Below are positions 1 through 9,746 of a stretch of 64,000 nucleotides of DNA, in pieces. The stretch lies in IMG/VR virus record IMGVR_UViG_3300020474_000993; one strand, written 5' to 3'. The stretch's first letter is position 1. The number at the start of each line of letters is the position of its first letter. The position numbers were made by a program, and so were the translations under genes. The notes beneath the pieces are model-generated. The model did no database searches, was not told the DNA's origin, and saw nothing but the letters and a program-made list of their open reading frames with translations. The DNA comes from a virus.

Positions 1-332
1 CTGGGTTGGATACTGCTACAGTTGGTATGAACAATCTCAATGAGTTGGGTCAGTTTGGTATGACTACTATTGGTGCAGTCTCTACCACTGGTATGAACAA
101 TCTCGTTGGGTTGGGTCAGTACGGTATTGATGCAGCTGAAACTCTAGGTATTCAAGGTATGTTGGGTATTCATGAGACCAATGAAGATTGGTTAACTTAT
201 ACCGCTAGTAGTGATACTAACTTTGCTACGATTCTCGCAGACTTTAACGCGACAATCAAACAATTTGGAACAGATTTGGGAACCCCTATCACATGTAACG
301 CTGATGCAAACGGAGTGTTTACTTGTCAATAA
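1..332 (+). CDS. C-terminal part of a hypothetical protein with 22-aa Gly-rich repeats (probably structural; truncated by window edge)
   Basis: Open frame from window start; GMNNLxxLGQ(F/Y)G repeat, nt repeat ggtatgaacaatctc at 24 and 90 (66-nt period). Confidence 0.6.
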   Translation, partial: GLDTATVGMNNLNELGQFGMTTIGAVSTTGMNNLVGLGQYGIDAAETLGIQGMLGIHETNEDWLTYTASSDTNFATILADFNATIKQFGTDLGTPITCNADANGVFTCQ

Positions 333-346
333 TTACATAAAAGTTG

Positions 347-354
347 TATAAATA
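347..354 (+). promoter_or_regulatory. T4-type late promoter TATAAATA
   Basis: Exact gp55 consensus upstream of ORF 397. Confidence 0.75.
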
Positions 355-355
355 T

Positions 356-379
356 AGGGGACAATAAGTCCCCTTTTTT
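356..379 (+). terminator. Rho-independent terminator
   Basis: ggggac-aataa-gtcccc hairpin followed by T-run. Confidence 0.8.
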
Positions 380-396
380 AATTATGAGGTAATATT

Positions 397-843
397 ATGG
401 AAAAGAAAGAAATAAAGAAAGTATTGGATGGTGCAGAATTCGTGATGAAGGACATGCCTGAAGAGTTAAAAGAAGTTTTGAAAACACAAATTGTGAATCC
501 AAAACTAATGGATGAATTTGATAACTTATACGATGAAGATATCGATGCTGAAACAGTCAAAGCATTATCCCACGCATTAGAATTAGACTACATTGAAAAA
601 TGGAAAGTCTTTGCTCAAATGAAACTCCTAGAAAAGAATTTTGCTATTGCTGAACAGGCAAGGGTTGCTTTGCGTGAACAATTAACAACTGCTAATGCCA
701 ATGTTCAAGTTCTTTTGAGGAACTATGAAGAGAAAAAAATTGGATTAGACCACGAAATAAAAGAGAAACTAAAAGTAAAAGAAGAACTTAAATTAGTTCG
801 TGCTGAATTGAAGAACCTTAAAAAGAAGACGCCTGAATTATAA
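397..843 (+). CDS. hypothetical coiled-coil protein
   Basis: 148-aa ORF, GAGG RBS, heptad-rich C-terminus. Confidence 0.7.
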   Translation: MEKKEIKKVLDGAEFVMKDMPEELKEVLKTQIVNPKLMDEFDNLYDEDIDAETVKALSHALELDYIEKWKVFAQMKLLEKNFAIAEQARVALREQLTTANANVQVLLRNYEEKKIGLDHEIKEKLKVKEELKLVRAELKNLKKKTPEL

Positions 844-846
844 ATA
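839..846 (+). promoter_or_regulatory. T4-type late promoter TATAAATA
   Basis: Exact consensus 32 nt upstream of ORF 878. Confidence 0.8.
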
Positions 847-877
847 GTGGCAAACAAAATGTTTATGGAAAGAGTTA

Positions 878-2131
878 ATGGTCGGATTTTTATCATATCT
901 AAACGAAGATGCACAGGGCAAGAACCTACATCTTGAACACCTAGAAGACGAAATATTAAATTTCGGAATAGGTGGAGCTCGTGGTGCAATTAATTTCTTA
1001 CAGGCATTGAGAGATATGTTGTCGGGAAGTTCTCGTTCATCCGTAAATATGACAGTTAAATGGGACGGTGCTCCTGCTATATTTGCTGGTATTGACCCCA
1101 GTGATGGTAAATTTTTTGTTGCTAAGAAAGGTGTATTCAATAAGACACCACTATTATATAAGTCCACACAAGAAATAAACAAAGACAGTAAATTGCCACA
1201 GGCATTAAAACCCGCCTTTACAATCGCGTTACAAGAATTTAGCAAACTCGGCATCAAGAGTGTATTACAGGGTGACTTAATGTTTACACAGGCATCTCTT
1301 GAATCTGAAACTATAGATGGTGAGAGGTACACCACATTCCAACCAAACACTATAGTCTATGCTATTCCAAAGATGTCAGAACTGGAACAAAGAATTAAAG
1401 CTGCTAAGATTGGTGTTGTTTGGCACACATCATATACAGGTAACACATTAGAAGGTATGAAGGCATCTTTTGGTGTAAACATTAGTAGTCTTAGAAAATC
1501 AAGAAGTGTCTGGATGGATGATGCTAGTTATAGAGATACTAGTGGAACTTCTACATTTACGCAAACAGAGACATCTGCTGTTACTACAAAACTATCCGAG
1601 TGTGGTAGAATATTTAAGAAAATAAATTCAGCACAATTAAACAATTTCTTAAAATTTCAAAATGGGTTTTCTGGAAAAATGGTTGGCGCCAATATCAAAA
1701 CCTATAATAATTCAAAAGTAAAGGTTGGTGCGAAGATAACTAATGTCTCTGGCCATGTGTCTGGATACGCAAAGTGGGTAGAAGACAAATTTGATACAGA
1801 GATAAATAAGTTAAAAACGGAACAGTCACAGAAAAAACTAGAGATAAAAAAGAAAGAAACTTTAAGGGAACTAAATCAATATACTGCTCTTCTTATAAAT
1901 GTTATCAATTTTCAGAACTCTATGGTAGATGCTAAAATGATAATTGTTAGTAAACTAAATAGAGTAAAACAGTTGATGGATACTTTTGTCAGAACTAAAC
2001 AAGGATTTAAAGTTACAAATCCAGAAGGATATGTTGCAATCGATAGGGTGTCTGGTAATGCTGTTAAACTGGTAGACAGAATGGAATTTAGTTATAATAA
2101 CTTTACTGCAATTAAGGCGTGGGATAGATGA
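878..2131 (+). CDS. DUF6267-like protein with covalent nucleotidyltransferase (RNA/DNA ligase-fold) motifs; putative capsid-packaged protein
   Basis: KWDG (motif I), QGDLMF, EGYV (motif IV), VKLVDR (motif V); N-terminus MVGFLSYLNE resembles the T4 capsid-targeting sequence. Confidence 0.7.
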   Translation: MVGFLSYLNEDAQGKNLHLEHLEDEILNFGIGGARGAINFLQALRDMLSGSSRSSVNMTVKWDGAPAIFAGIDPSDGKFFVAKKGVFNKTPLLYKSTQEINKDSKLPQALKPAFTIALQEFSKLGIKSVLQGDLMFTQASLESETIDGERYTTFQPNTIVYAIPKMSELEQRIKAAKIGVVWHTSYTGNTLEGMKASFGVNISSLRKSRSVWMDDASYRDTSGTSTFTQTETSAVTTKLSECGRIFKKINSAQLNNFLKFQNGFSGKMVGANIKTYNNSKVKVGAKITNVSGHVSGYAKWVEDKFDTEINKLKTEQSQKKLEIKKKETLRELNQYTALLINVINFQNSMVDAKMIIVSKLNRVKQLMDTFVRTKQGFKVTNPEGYVAIDRVSGNAVKLVDRMEFSYNNFTAIKAWDR

Positions 2132-2715
2132 AAACATTAGTATATGCATTTGGAAGGATGAACCCGCCTACTGCTGGTCATGGAAAACTTGTACAGAAGG
2201 TAAAACAACTTGCTCAAAGAGAAAGAGCAGACCACCTTATTGTAGTTAGTCACAGTCAAGATAAACATAAGAACCCATTGACCCCACAGAAAAAAGTTGC
2301 CCATCTTAAAAAGATGTTCACAGGAACTAAATTCAAGGCATCTGATAGAGTCAACCCAAACTTCATAAAACAATTAGGTCTACTTACAGGAAAGTATGAT
2401 AAGGTTATTATGGTTGCTGGTTCAGATAGGGTTCAAGAATTCCAGAGGATACTGGATAGATACAATGGTAAGGATTTTAAATTTGACGAAATAGATGTAA
2501 TCTCTGCTGGACAAAGAGACCCAGACGCGGAAGGCGTAACTGGTATAAGTGCTAGTAAGATGAGACTGTTCGCCAAGAACAATGATTTTAACTCATTCAA
2601 AAGAGGGTTGCCCGCTGGTTATAGTGGGTCTCAAGCTTTATTCAAAGATGTGAAGAGTGGGATGGAGTTAAAGGAAGATAAACACTACACTTTTTCACAA
2701 TTTTTAAGAGGATAA
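2128..2715 (+). CDS. cytidylyltransferase-like (HIGH/HxGH superfamily) nucleotidyltransferase
   Basis: FGRMNPPTAGHGKL, KNPL, VAGSDR, ISASKMR motifs typical of T4-like phage cytidyltransferases; ATGA overlap with upstream gene. Confidence 0.85.
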   Translation: MKTLVYAFGRMNPPTAGHGKLVQKVKQLAQRERADHLIVVSHSQDKHKNPLTPQKKVAHLKKMFTGTKFKASDRVNPNFIKQLGLLTGKYDKVIMVAGSDRVQEFQRILDRYNGKDFKFDEIDVISAGQRDPDAEGVTGISASKMRLFAKNNDFNSFKRGLPAGYSGSQALFKDVKSGMELKEDKHYTFSQFLRG

Positions 2716-2718
2716 AAT

Positions 2719-3381
2719 ATGTCAAAATATCTAAAGGGTTTATTACCCACAACAGGATTGAAGTTCGACCCTAGTTCGGCACCTCATGGATACGCAGACC
2801 CCACTTCTAGTGGCGATGCTTTTTTACCAGACCTTGATTTCCCAAATGGGAAATGGGGATTATTCGGGGCAAAATCAAGTGGGCCTGGCATCAGTGAACC
2901 AACTGATTTACCAGATGAATACTATGAAGAAGTAGCAGATAGAGAAGAACTTCTTGAACAACTAAAAGAGGATGAAGGAGTAAAATATGAAATCTATCTC
3001 GACCACCTTGGGTACGCCACCTGTGGTATCGGTCATCTCCTCAAAGATGGGGACGAAGAATATAACAAAGAAGTCGGAACCGAAGTCTCAGAAGAAAGAG
3101 TCATTGAACTCTTCAAACAAGATATCGGAATTGCCTGCCGAGACGCCGTTAATTTATACGGCTGGTCTGGATTTTGTGAGTGGCCAGAGGAAGTCCAAAA
3201 TATCTGTATTAATATGATATTCAATATGGGTATGACTAGACTTAGCAAGTTTAAAAACATGCACAAGGCATTAGAACAACAGAATTGGAAACAAGCAGCC
3301 ATTGAAGGCCGCGACTCTAAATGGTACACACAAGTAACCAATAGAGCAGAAAGATTAATGAGTAAACTTGAAGAAGTATAA
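2719..3381 (+). CDS. phage lysozyme (GH24, T4 e-like) with N-terminal extension
   Basis: EG..Y.D.LGY.T.GIGH catalytic region; NMIFNMG; SKWYTQV.NRA. Confidence 0.9.
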   Translation: MSKYLKGLLPTTGLKFDPSSAPHGYADPTSSGDAFLPDLDFPNGKWGLFGAKSSGPGISEPTDLPDEYYEEVADREELLEQLKEDEGVKYEIYLDHLGYATCGIGHLLKDGDEEYNKEVGTEVSEERVIELFKQDIGIACRDAVNLYGWSGFCEWPEEVQNICINMIFNMGMTRLSKFKNMHKALEQQNWKQAAIEGRDSKWYTQVTNRAERLMSKLEEV

Positions 3382-3428
3382 ACTGTATTTACACGGACGA
3401 ATACACAAACAGGGAAGGATATGAACAA

Positions 3429-4013
3429 ATGGAGTGGATACTAGATTTAGCTATGACTTTTTGGATGTGGACGGTATTAATTGCCATCATCTTGATAGGT
3501 TGGATTATTGATAGATTAGACATGAGGGAAGAGACAGGATTAACATTTTCAATGAAGGAAATGCCAGTCTTAAAACCAATTGTCATAGAGACAAAGGGTA
3601 AGGGGTTTTGGAAATCAATGCTTCATTGGTTTTTGTCTACAAGAAATTGGGAAGTAACCAAAGACTGGCACTACACAATAGATGATATTGAGTATGTTAT
3701 TCCGAAAGGATTTCAGTTTGATGGTGCTAGTATTCCAAAATTTCTGAGAACATTTTTTTCTCCAGTAGGTATAATGCTGGTTGGTGGATTGGTACATGAT
3801 TATGGATATAAGTATGAGACTTTGCTAATGAAAGGCAAAAAGAAAACAGTTGGAATTAAAGACCAAAAGTGGATGGATGAAGTATTCAAAGACATTAATA
3901 TTAATGTTAATGGGTTCTATCTATTTAACATTCTATCTTATTGGTCATTGAGATTGGCTGGATTCATTGCTTGGAATGGGCATAGGAAACGGAACTTATC
4001 ACCAAATATTTAA
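3429..4013 (+). CDS. DUF1353-family membrane-anchored protein
   Basis: IPKGFQFDGASIP and VHDYGY motifs; N-terminal TM helix. Confidence 0.8.
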   Translation: MEWILDLAMTFWMWTVLIAIILIGWIIDRLDMREETGLTFSMKEMPVLKPIVIETKGKGFWKSMLHWFLSTRNWEVTKDWHYTIDDIEYVIPKGFQFDGASIPKFLRTFFSPVGIMLVGGLVHDYGYKYETLLMKGKKKTVGIKDQKWMDEVFKDININVNGFYLFNILSYWSLRLAGFIAWNGHRKRNLSPNI

Positions 4014-4025
4014 TAAGGTTAAATT

Positions 4026-4241
4026 ATGACAGAAGTAGAATTGGTACAAAAATATAGCAACAAACTTGCTGAGTTGAACGAATTGCGAGACAGTGGTATG
4101 CTTAGTTTTGACGAATATAATGATTTAGTTGAGGACTTTCGAGATGTAAAAGCAATCGAAGCAGATATTGATGACCCCAAGTTAAAAGTATTTGCTAGTG
4201 CGGTAGTCAATAGTGTCTCATCCCAGATTAAAACATTATAA
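4026..4241 (+). CDS. hypothetical protein
   Basis: 71-aa ORF with AAGG RBS. Confidence 0.6.
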   Translation: MTEVELVQKYSNKLAELNELRDSGMLSFDEYNDLVEDFRDVKAIEADIDDPKLKVFASAVVNSVSSQIKTL

Positions 4242-4244
4242 ATA
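4237..4244 (+). promoter_or_regulatory. T4-type late promoter TATAAATA
   Basis: Exact consensus immediately upstream of ORF 4253. Confidence 0.8.
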
Positions 4245-4252
4245 GTCTTACT

Positions 4253-6598
4253 ATGGAAAAGACTTTTGCAGACTTTGTAGACATACCAGAGCTTGAAGAA
4301 GGTGTCAATGACCCTGCCATTTTCAAGGCAATTTTCCTTGCCGGCGGGCCTGGGTCTGGTAAGTCTTTCATGGTTGGACAAACAGGTCTAACTGGATTGG
4401 GTTTCAAGATAGTCAACTCCGACCAACAATTTGAAATCGCCTTAAAAAAAGCAGGATTAACTCAAAAACCAGAAGACATATTCTCAACAAAAGGTCAATC
4501 TCTCAGAGACCGAGCTAAATTACTCACTGGAAAAAAACAAGATGGATATCTTGGTGGTAGACTTGGATTAGTCATTGATGGTACTGGTAGAGAGTACGAC
4601 AAAATCTCAAAACAAAAAACAGAACTAGAAAAACTGGGATATGAAACTGCCATGATAATGGTAAATACATCCCTACAAACTGCTGTTGGCAGAGACCAAG
4701 CAAGAGACAGGACATTGGGTAAGGCCGCTATCACTCCAATGTGGAAAGCGGTTCAGACAAACATTGGTAAATTTTCAAACCTTTTTAAACAAAATATGTA
4801 CATCGTAGATAATTCGGATGGTGCAGATTTTAAAAGAGGTGCATTGTCTGTATATAGAAGTCTTATGTCTTGGTCAAAGAGACCACCTCAAGACAGGCGG
4901 GCAAAAGCATGGATTAAAAACGAAAAACAAAAACGCAATATCAAAGAAGAAAAAAAGAACTGTGGATGTGGACAAGACCCTTGTATCACATATGGCAAAA
5001 AAGAATTAAAACAAAAAATTAAAGAAGAATTACCACCGCATTTAAAAAGACATTTCGATAAGAAAGGAAATGTAGTACAGGGTACATGGAAAGATGGTAA
5101 GTGGAGTCCGAACAAGAAACAACCAAAAATCAAGACCACTATCAGAGATGTGACACCAAAAGGATATGGCCCAACCGAAGATATCAAGAACATGGATATG
5201 GGTGATGTAATCACAGATTTCTATAATAGTGATGCACCTCAGTTCAAAGGTAAATCTAAAAAGAAACGCAGAGAGATGGCGATTGCCGCTAAACTTTCTA
5301 CTGAAGGAGTTTTTGACAGGGATTCTAAATCAAACTCTTTTAACAGAACTAAGTCTAAAACCACAAAAGTAAAAATGGGTACTAAGGGTGGTAAACCAGT
5401 ATACGGAAAATCTACCACACCTCAAGGATTCCCAAAACTATCAGAAGATTTAAGAAAGTGGTTTGGTAAAGGTAAGAAGGGGGATTGGATTCGCGTAGGC
5501 ACAGACGGTGACATCAAGGGAGATTGTGCAAGAGAGCCTGGCGAGGGTAAACCGAAGTGTATGCCTAGAGACAAAGCACACAGTATGTCTAAAAAAGACA
5601 GGGCGACATCTGCCAGAAGGAAACGCAGAGAAGACCCAGTTGCAGATAGAAAAGGTAAAGGTGGAAAACCAGTAATGGTTAAAACCGATGTCAAAGAAGA
5701 TGTTCAAATTAGTAGGTACGAATGGGGTAGACCAGATGGTACTGCTTATATGAAAGCGCTGACGCCTGGCGAGCCTGGTAAGACAACTAAAAAGAACAGG
5801 TCTAACGGAAACAAGAAACATTACAAGGCAGTAATGGAAGCAGGAGATAAAGAAGAATTAAAATCAATATCATCTGCAACTCATGACCAAATGCATAAAG
5901 ATGTAGATGGGACTCAAGATGACTTTGAAGGAATCATTACTCTTGATACTATGGATAATGATTGGACTGCAATATTCACAGAACCAGAAATAGAAGCGAT
6001 TGAACACGAAGTTGATGAACTTTCATTTGAAGATATGATGGGTCTGGGGATGTATGACAAAGAAGAATTAGAAGACTTTGAAGCATTTGACCAAGATATA
6101 GATTGGCATGATGATATACAAATAACTGAGGTTCTATCTATTCAAGGTAGAATGAAAAGGCGATTCGCTGCTAGGAGAAATAGACAAAAACTTAAAGTTG
6201 CTCGTATGAGGGCATCAAGAAGGGCTGCTGACCCTGCTAGGTTGAAGAAGCGTGCTACTCGTGGTGCGAGGAATATGCTTAAGAATAGGATTGCTAGGGG
6301 TAGGGATTTAACTGCATTGCCACCCGCTGAGAAGGCTCGTATTGAAGGTATGGTAATGAGATTTTCTGGATTAGTATCTAGGATTGCTCAGAGAATGATA
6401 CCTATTGTTCGTAGGAATGAGATGAAAAGATTGAAATCTGGGTCAAGACAGAAATCACAAAAGGCGAAGAAGTATAATCCTAAGAAAGCATTAGCTTCTG
6501 CTTCAAAACAGAAGGGTAAAAAGTTTAAAGCAAGTAAGAAAACCTTTGCTAAACCAAAATTAGCAAGTAAACCAAAGGCGGCAACAAAAACGAAATGA
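4253..6598 (+). CDS. internal-head polyprotein: N-terminal P-loop kinase (zeta-toxin/AAA_33/Pnk-like) followed by short basic modules
   Basis: MEKTFADF targeting-like start; GGPGSGKS Walker A, IDGTG; many xxE junctions (LEE, IKE, PTE, STE, LSE, VKE, VME, ITE). Confidence 0.75.
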   Translation: MEKTFADFVDIPELEEGVNDPAIFKAIFLAGGPGSGKSFMVGQTGLTGLGFKIVNSDQQFEIALKKAGLTQKPEDIFSTKGQSLRDRAKLLTGKKQDGYLGGRLGLVIDGTGREYDKISKQKTELEKLGYETAMIMVNTSLQTAVGRDQARDRTLGKAAITPMWKAVQTNIGKFSNLFKQNMYIVDNSDGADFKRGALSVYRSLMSWSKRPPQDRRAKAWIKNEKQKRNIKEEKKNCGCGQDPCITYGKKELKQKIKEELPPHLKRHFDKKGNVVQGTWKDGKWSPNKKQPKIKTTIRDVTPKGYGPTEDIKNMDMGDVITDFYNSDAPQFKGKSKKKRREMAIAAKLSTEGVFDRDSKSNSFNRTKSKTTKVKMGTKGGKPVYGKSTTPQGFPKLSEDLRKWFGKGKKGDWIRVGTDGDIKGDCAREPGEGKPKCMPRDKAHSMSKKDRATSARRKRREDPVADRKGKGGKPVMVKTDVKEDVQISRYEWGRPDGTAYMKALTPGEPGKTTKKNRSNGNKKHYKAVMEAGDKEELKSISSATHDQMHKDVDGTQDDFEGIITLDTMDNDWTAIFTEPEIEAIEHEVDELSFEDMMGLGMYDKEELEDFEAFDQDIDWHDDIQITEVLSIQGRMKRRFAARRNRQKLKVARMRASRRAADPARLKKRATRGARNMLKNRIARGRDLTALPPAEKARIEGMVMRFSGLVSRIAQRMIPIVRRNEMKRLKSGSRQKSQKAKKYNPKKALASASKQKGKKFKASKKTFAKPKLASKPKAATKTK

Positions 6599-7071
6599 TA
6601 AAATTTACAGAACTATTAGAAAAAAATGTACCGACCAATCCAAAGTTATGGTCTAAGTTTAAATCACAGGCGAAATCAAAGTTTGATGTCTATCCCTCAG
6701 CATACGCGAATGGGTGGGCTGCCAAACAATATAAGAAAGCTGGTGGTGGATGGAAGACTGTATCAGAAGAACTATCAGAGGAGACTGGCGAACAAATCAC
6801 CATCATTAGTGAAGAGGGTGAAAAGAAGAAAGTCAAACTGGGTAAAGTTCAGAGAGGCGGTAGTAAGAAATTTTATGTACATGTCAAAAACGATAAAGGT
6901 AATGTTGTCAAGGTATCGTTTGGTGACCCAAATATGGAAATAAAACGAGATGACCCAGAACGCAGAAAGTCATTTCGTGCAAGGCACAATTGCGACAATC
7001 CAGGCCCTCGCTGGAAGGCAAGATACTGGAGTTGTAAGCAATGGAGGGCCGGTTCCAAAGTAGAGGATTAG
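6595..7071 (+). CDS. internal-head protein with DUF5872-like and DUF6321-like modules
   Basis: MIKFTELLE start; KFDVYPSAYANGW..KQYK..GG.W; RRKSFRARHNC...YWSC. Confidence 0.7.
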   Translation: MIKFTELLEKNVPTNPKLWSKFKSQAKSKFDVYPSAYANGWAAKQYKKAGGGWKTVSEELSEETGEQITIISEEGEKKKVKLGKVQRGGSKKFYVHVKNDKGNVVKVSFGDPNMEIKRDDPERRKSFRARHNCDNPGPRWKARYWSCKQWRAGSKVED

Positions 7072-7072
7072 T

Positions 7073-7312
7073 ATGATTGAGTGGTTAAAAAAGATATTCT
7101 ACGAGGAGTGGGAAATAACAATTTTCTATCCTGCTGAAACTAGAGTATTAGCAGATGGAACCAGAGTCGAAAGTCTAAAACCAAAAACATATAGGGCAAA
7201 AGCTCTAAAAAAGATATCTGAGAAACATTTTAAGTTTATTGATACTGAAGGTGTACTACATGAAATAAAAGTAGTCAACCCAGTTGGATACGATATTAAA
7301 AAGGTGTATTAA
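7073..7312 (+). CDS. hypothetical protein
   Basis: 79-aa ORF with GAGG RBS. Confidence 0.65.
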   Translation: MIEWLKKIFYEEWEITIFYPAETRVLADGTRVESLKPKTYRAKALKKISEKHFKFIDTEGVLHEIKVVNPVGYDIKKVY

Positions 7313-7515
7313 TGGAAGGACAAAGTATTAGTTCAGTTCCACCTGTATCCAGTATTGCTTCTTCATGGAGTGATAGACAGGTTGTTACAAGAGTATATTC
7401 TGGTGATAATGGACAAGTTAAAGTTCAACAGGATATATACAATATAACTGTATATGACGCGATGGGTAACAAACAAACTGTGACAACTTCACACAGTATT
7501 GATTACCTAGTTTAA
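7312..7515 (+). CDS. hypothetical protein
   Basis: 67-aa ORF, TAATG coupling. Confidence 0.6.
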   Translation: MEGQSISSVPPVSSIASSWSDRQVVTRVYSGDNGQVKVQQDIYNITVYDAMGNKQTVTTSHSIDYLV

Positions 7516-7553
7516 TTATGTTCCTGTGATTGGTATCCCTAGCACTTGAACTT

Positions 7554-7561
7554 TATAAATA
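7554..7561 (+). promoter_or_regulatory. T4-type late promoter TATAAATA
   Basis: Exact consensus upstream of ORF 7596. Confidence 0.8.
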
Positions 7562-7595
7562 ATACCTATAAACGAATTTATATTGGAGATACCAA

Positions 7596-9713
7596 ATGTC
7601 CAGCAACTTAGACAGAATAATTAGAGAAGTCCTCACAGAAGGACAAAGTACTCTATTAGAAGCGGATATGTCAAGGAGACTTGATATGTTAGTGAGACAG
7701 GGATTAATGCCTGCATCACAATTACCTATTTTAAAACGCGGTTTAGAGAAATTCAACCAAGGTAAAGTGCCTGCTCCGAATGAAAGAAACGCGGTCAACA
7801 CACTATTAAACGGTATGATGTTCATCGTATTGGGTGACGATACTGTATTCAATAGAGCAAGAACCTCTGTACAACAGAAAAAATATCAAACAGAAGACTT
7901 AGAGGAATGTAAATCCGAAGAAGATTTCAAACCTCATATGATGTATGACCCTAAGACAGGCAAAGGCGTAAAAGCAGAAACTTACGAAGACCATGTAAAA
8001 TTAGATAAAAAGGGATATACTCACGAGAAACCAGATGTTACTGAAGAATATGAGATAGTATCTGAAGCATATAAAACTGGTCACAAGTCTTATACCGATG
8101 CAGTTAATCACGCAATGGATCATCACAAAAAAGGTGGATTAGAATCTTCAGCAGATGACAGGGCACAACATATAGGTCTGGATTCCAAAAAGCCAGGCGA
8201 GGGTAAAACTACTCGCGTGAATCTTCCTGCTAAAGATAAAAATGGCAAGAAACATATGGTTCATATGCAAGTCTATAACAAGGGTGGTTCACATCCATAT
8301 GAGTTAAACACATACTCAAGTACAACAAAAGCATTGCAAAAAGAAGAACAACAGTTAGATGAGTATGGTGCAATGAGAAACGATAATCCATCTGCAAATA
8401 CTGGTGGAATGAGAATTTCAAATAAAGACGCAGCTGCTGCCAAAGAAAGAGCAAAGAAAAAGAGTGCAGAGAAACGCGACAAGTTATCAAACATTATCAA
8501 AAAGAATACCATCCAGAAGGGCCCCATGAAAGGTTACATGACGGATGAAACTAATCAAGAGGAACAACAAATGAAAATAGATTGGTCTAAAAATCCTTTC
8601 GCTCAAGCAAAAGCAATGGAGGAAGGTGCATTTAAACGAATGGCCACCGATGCTGAAGAAAATAGATTAGCCGCAGAAAGGAAGGCCAAGAAATTATCTG
8701 CTAAGAAAAGTAAAGAAGAAAAAGATACAGACCCCGGCATAGAGGAATCTGAATATTCAAGACCCAAAGAGAAATCTGAGGACGAAACCAAAAAGATAAA
8801 GGCAAAGATGAAGGCGAAAGCAGAAGAAAAGCCTAACTATCAATCAGAAGGTGTCGCTAAGAATACTCTTGATATCTATCAGGCACATGCTGATGCGAAG
8901 GGTAAGAAAACCCTCAAGTCTATTAGTAAACAAATGAATAAGGCGGTTACTAAAGCCAACGCAAAACTAAAGGAAGACTTAGAAGGTTTACCAGAGTTGG
9001 ATGACATGGACTTAGAGATGCAAGAGAACTATCAGTCACCTACTAAGAACAACTATTCTGATAAAGAACTTAGACAGGCCAAAGGTATCGCATTTGATAA
9101 GAGATACAAAGGTGGTAACATGACAGGTGCTGCTAAGGCAATGGAAAAAATCAAGAAAGGTTTATCCGACCATCCTGTTGCCTCTAAAGCATTACGAAAG
9201 GCAAATGAAGAACATTTAAAAGCCGAATATATTGACATGTTTGATGTAGAAAATTTCTCAGATATCTTTGAAATGGATTATAAAGAAAAATTTCAATCCA
9301 TGTTAAAAAAGACAGGTAAGAAATTATCAGATATGTCCGATGAAGATAAGAAGAAATTCTTCAATAAAGTAGATGGCGCTCATACAGCAGTAAATGAAAA
9401 CAAAGCATTCAGAGATGCTGCTAGGGACTACGCGAAAGATGATAAAAGAGGTCTTGCACCGACTAAGAAGGATGCACCTAAAGTATCAGACGCGAAGAAC
9501 GCTAAAGAAATCGAACATATCGTACCTCAAATGAGGAAAGCAATATCAGTAGGTAAAAAGGTGCAATTTAAAGATGGGAAACATCACACAGTTTCTAAAG
9601 CACATGCCGCTAAATTCTTGAATAAATATATGAGTGGCAAACCTCAAGATAAAGAAAAGATGCAATCGCATGCCCACGCAAGTCATAAGAACTTCATGGA
9701 TCATGCAAAATAG
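7596..9713 (+). CDS. Lys/Glu-rich internal-head polyprotein
   Basis: 705 aa; short modules separated by xxE sites (LTE, LLE, VTE, VSE, LDE, AME, QSE, LKE, ANE, VNE). Confidence 0.65.
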   Translation: MSSNLDRIIREVLTEGQSTLLEADMSRRLDMLVRQGLMPASQLPILKRGLEKFNQGKVPAPNERNAVNTLLNGMMFIVLGDDTVFNRARTSVQQKKYQTEDLEECKSEEDFKPHMMYDPKTGKGVKAETYEDHVKLDKKGYTHEKPDVTEEYEIVSEAYKTGHKSYTDAVNHAMDHHKKGGLESSADDRAQHIGLDSKKPGEGKTTRVNLPAKDKNGKKHMVHMQVYNKGGSHPYELNTYSSTTKALQKEEQQLDEYGAMRNDNPSANTGGMRISNKDAAAAKERAKKKSAEKRDKLSNIIKKNTIQKGPMKGYMTDETNQEEQQMKIDWSKNPFAQAKAMEEGAFKRMATDAEENRLAAERKAKKLSAKKSKEEKDTDPGIEESEYSRPKEKSEDETKKIKAKMKAKAEEKPNYQSEGVAKNTLDIYQAHADAKGKKTLKSISKQMNKAVTKANAKLKEDLEGLPELDDMDLEMQENYQSPTKNNYSDKELRQAKGIAFDKRYKGGNMTGAAKAMEKIKKGLSDHPVASKALRKANEEHLKAEYIDMFDVENFSDIFEMDYKEKFQSMLKKTGKKLSDMSDEDKKKFFNKVDGAHTAVNENKAFRDAARDYAKDDKRGLAPTKKDAPKVSDAKNAKEIEHIVPQMRKAISVGKKVQFKDGKHHTVSKAHAAKFLNKYMSGKPQDKEKMQSHAHASHKNFMDHAK

Positions 9714-9746
9714 TTTTAATAACCAAAAACACATAGGAGAGAAAAA

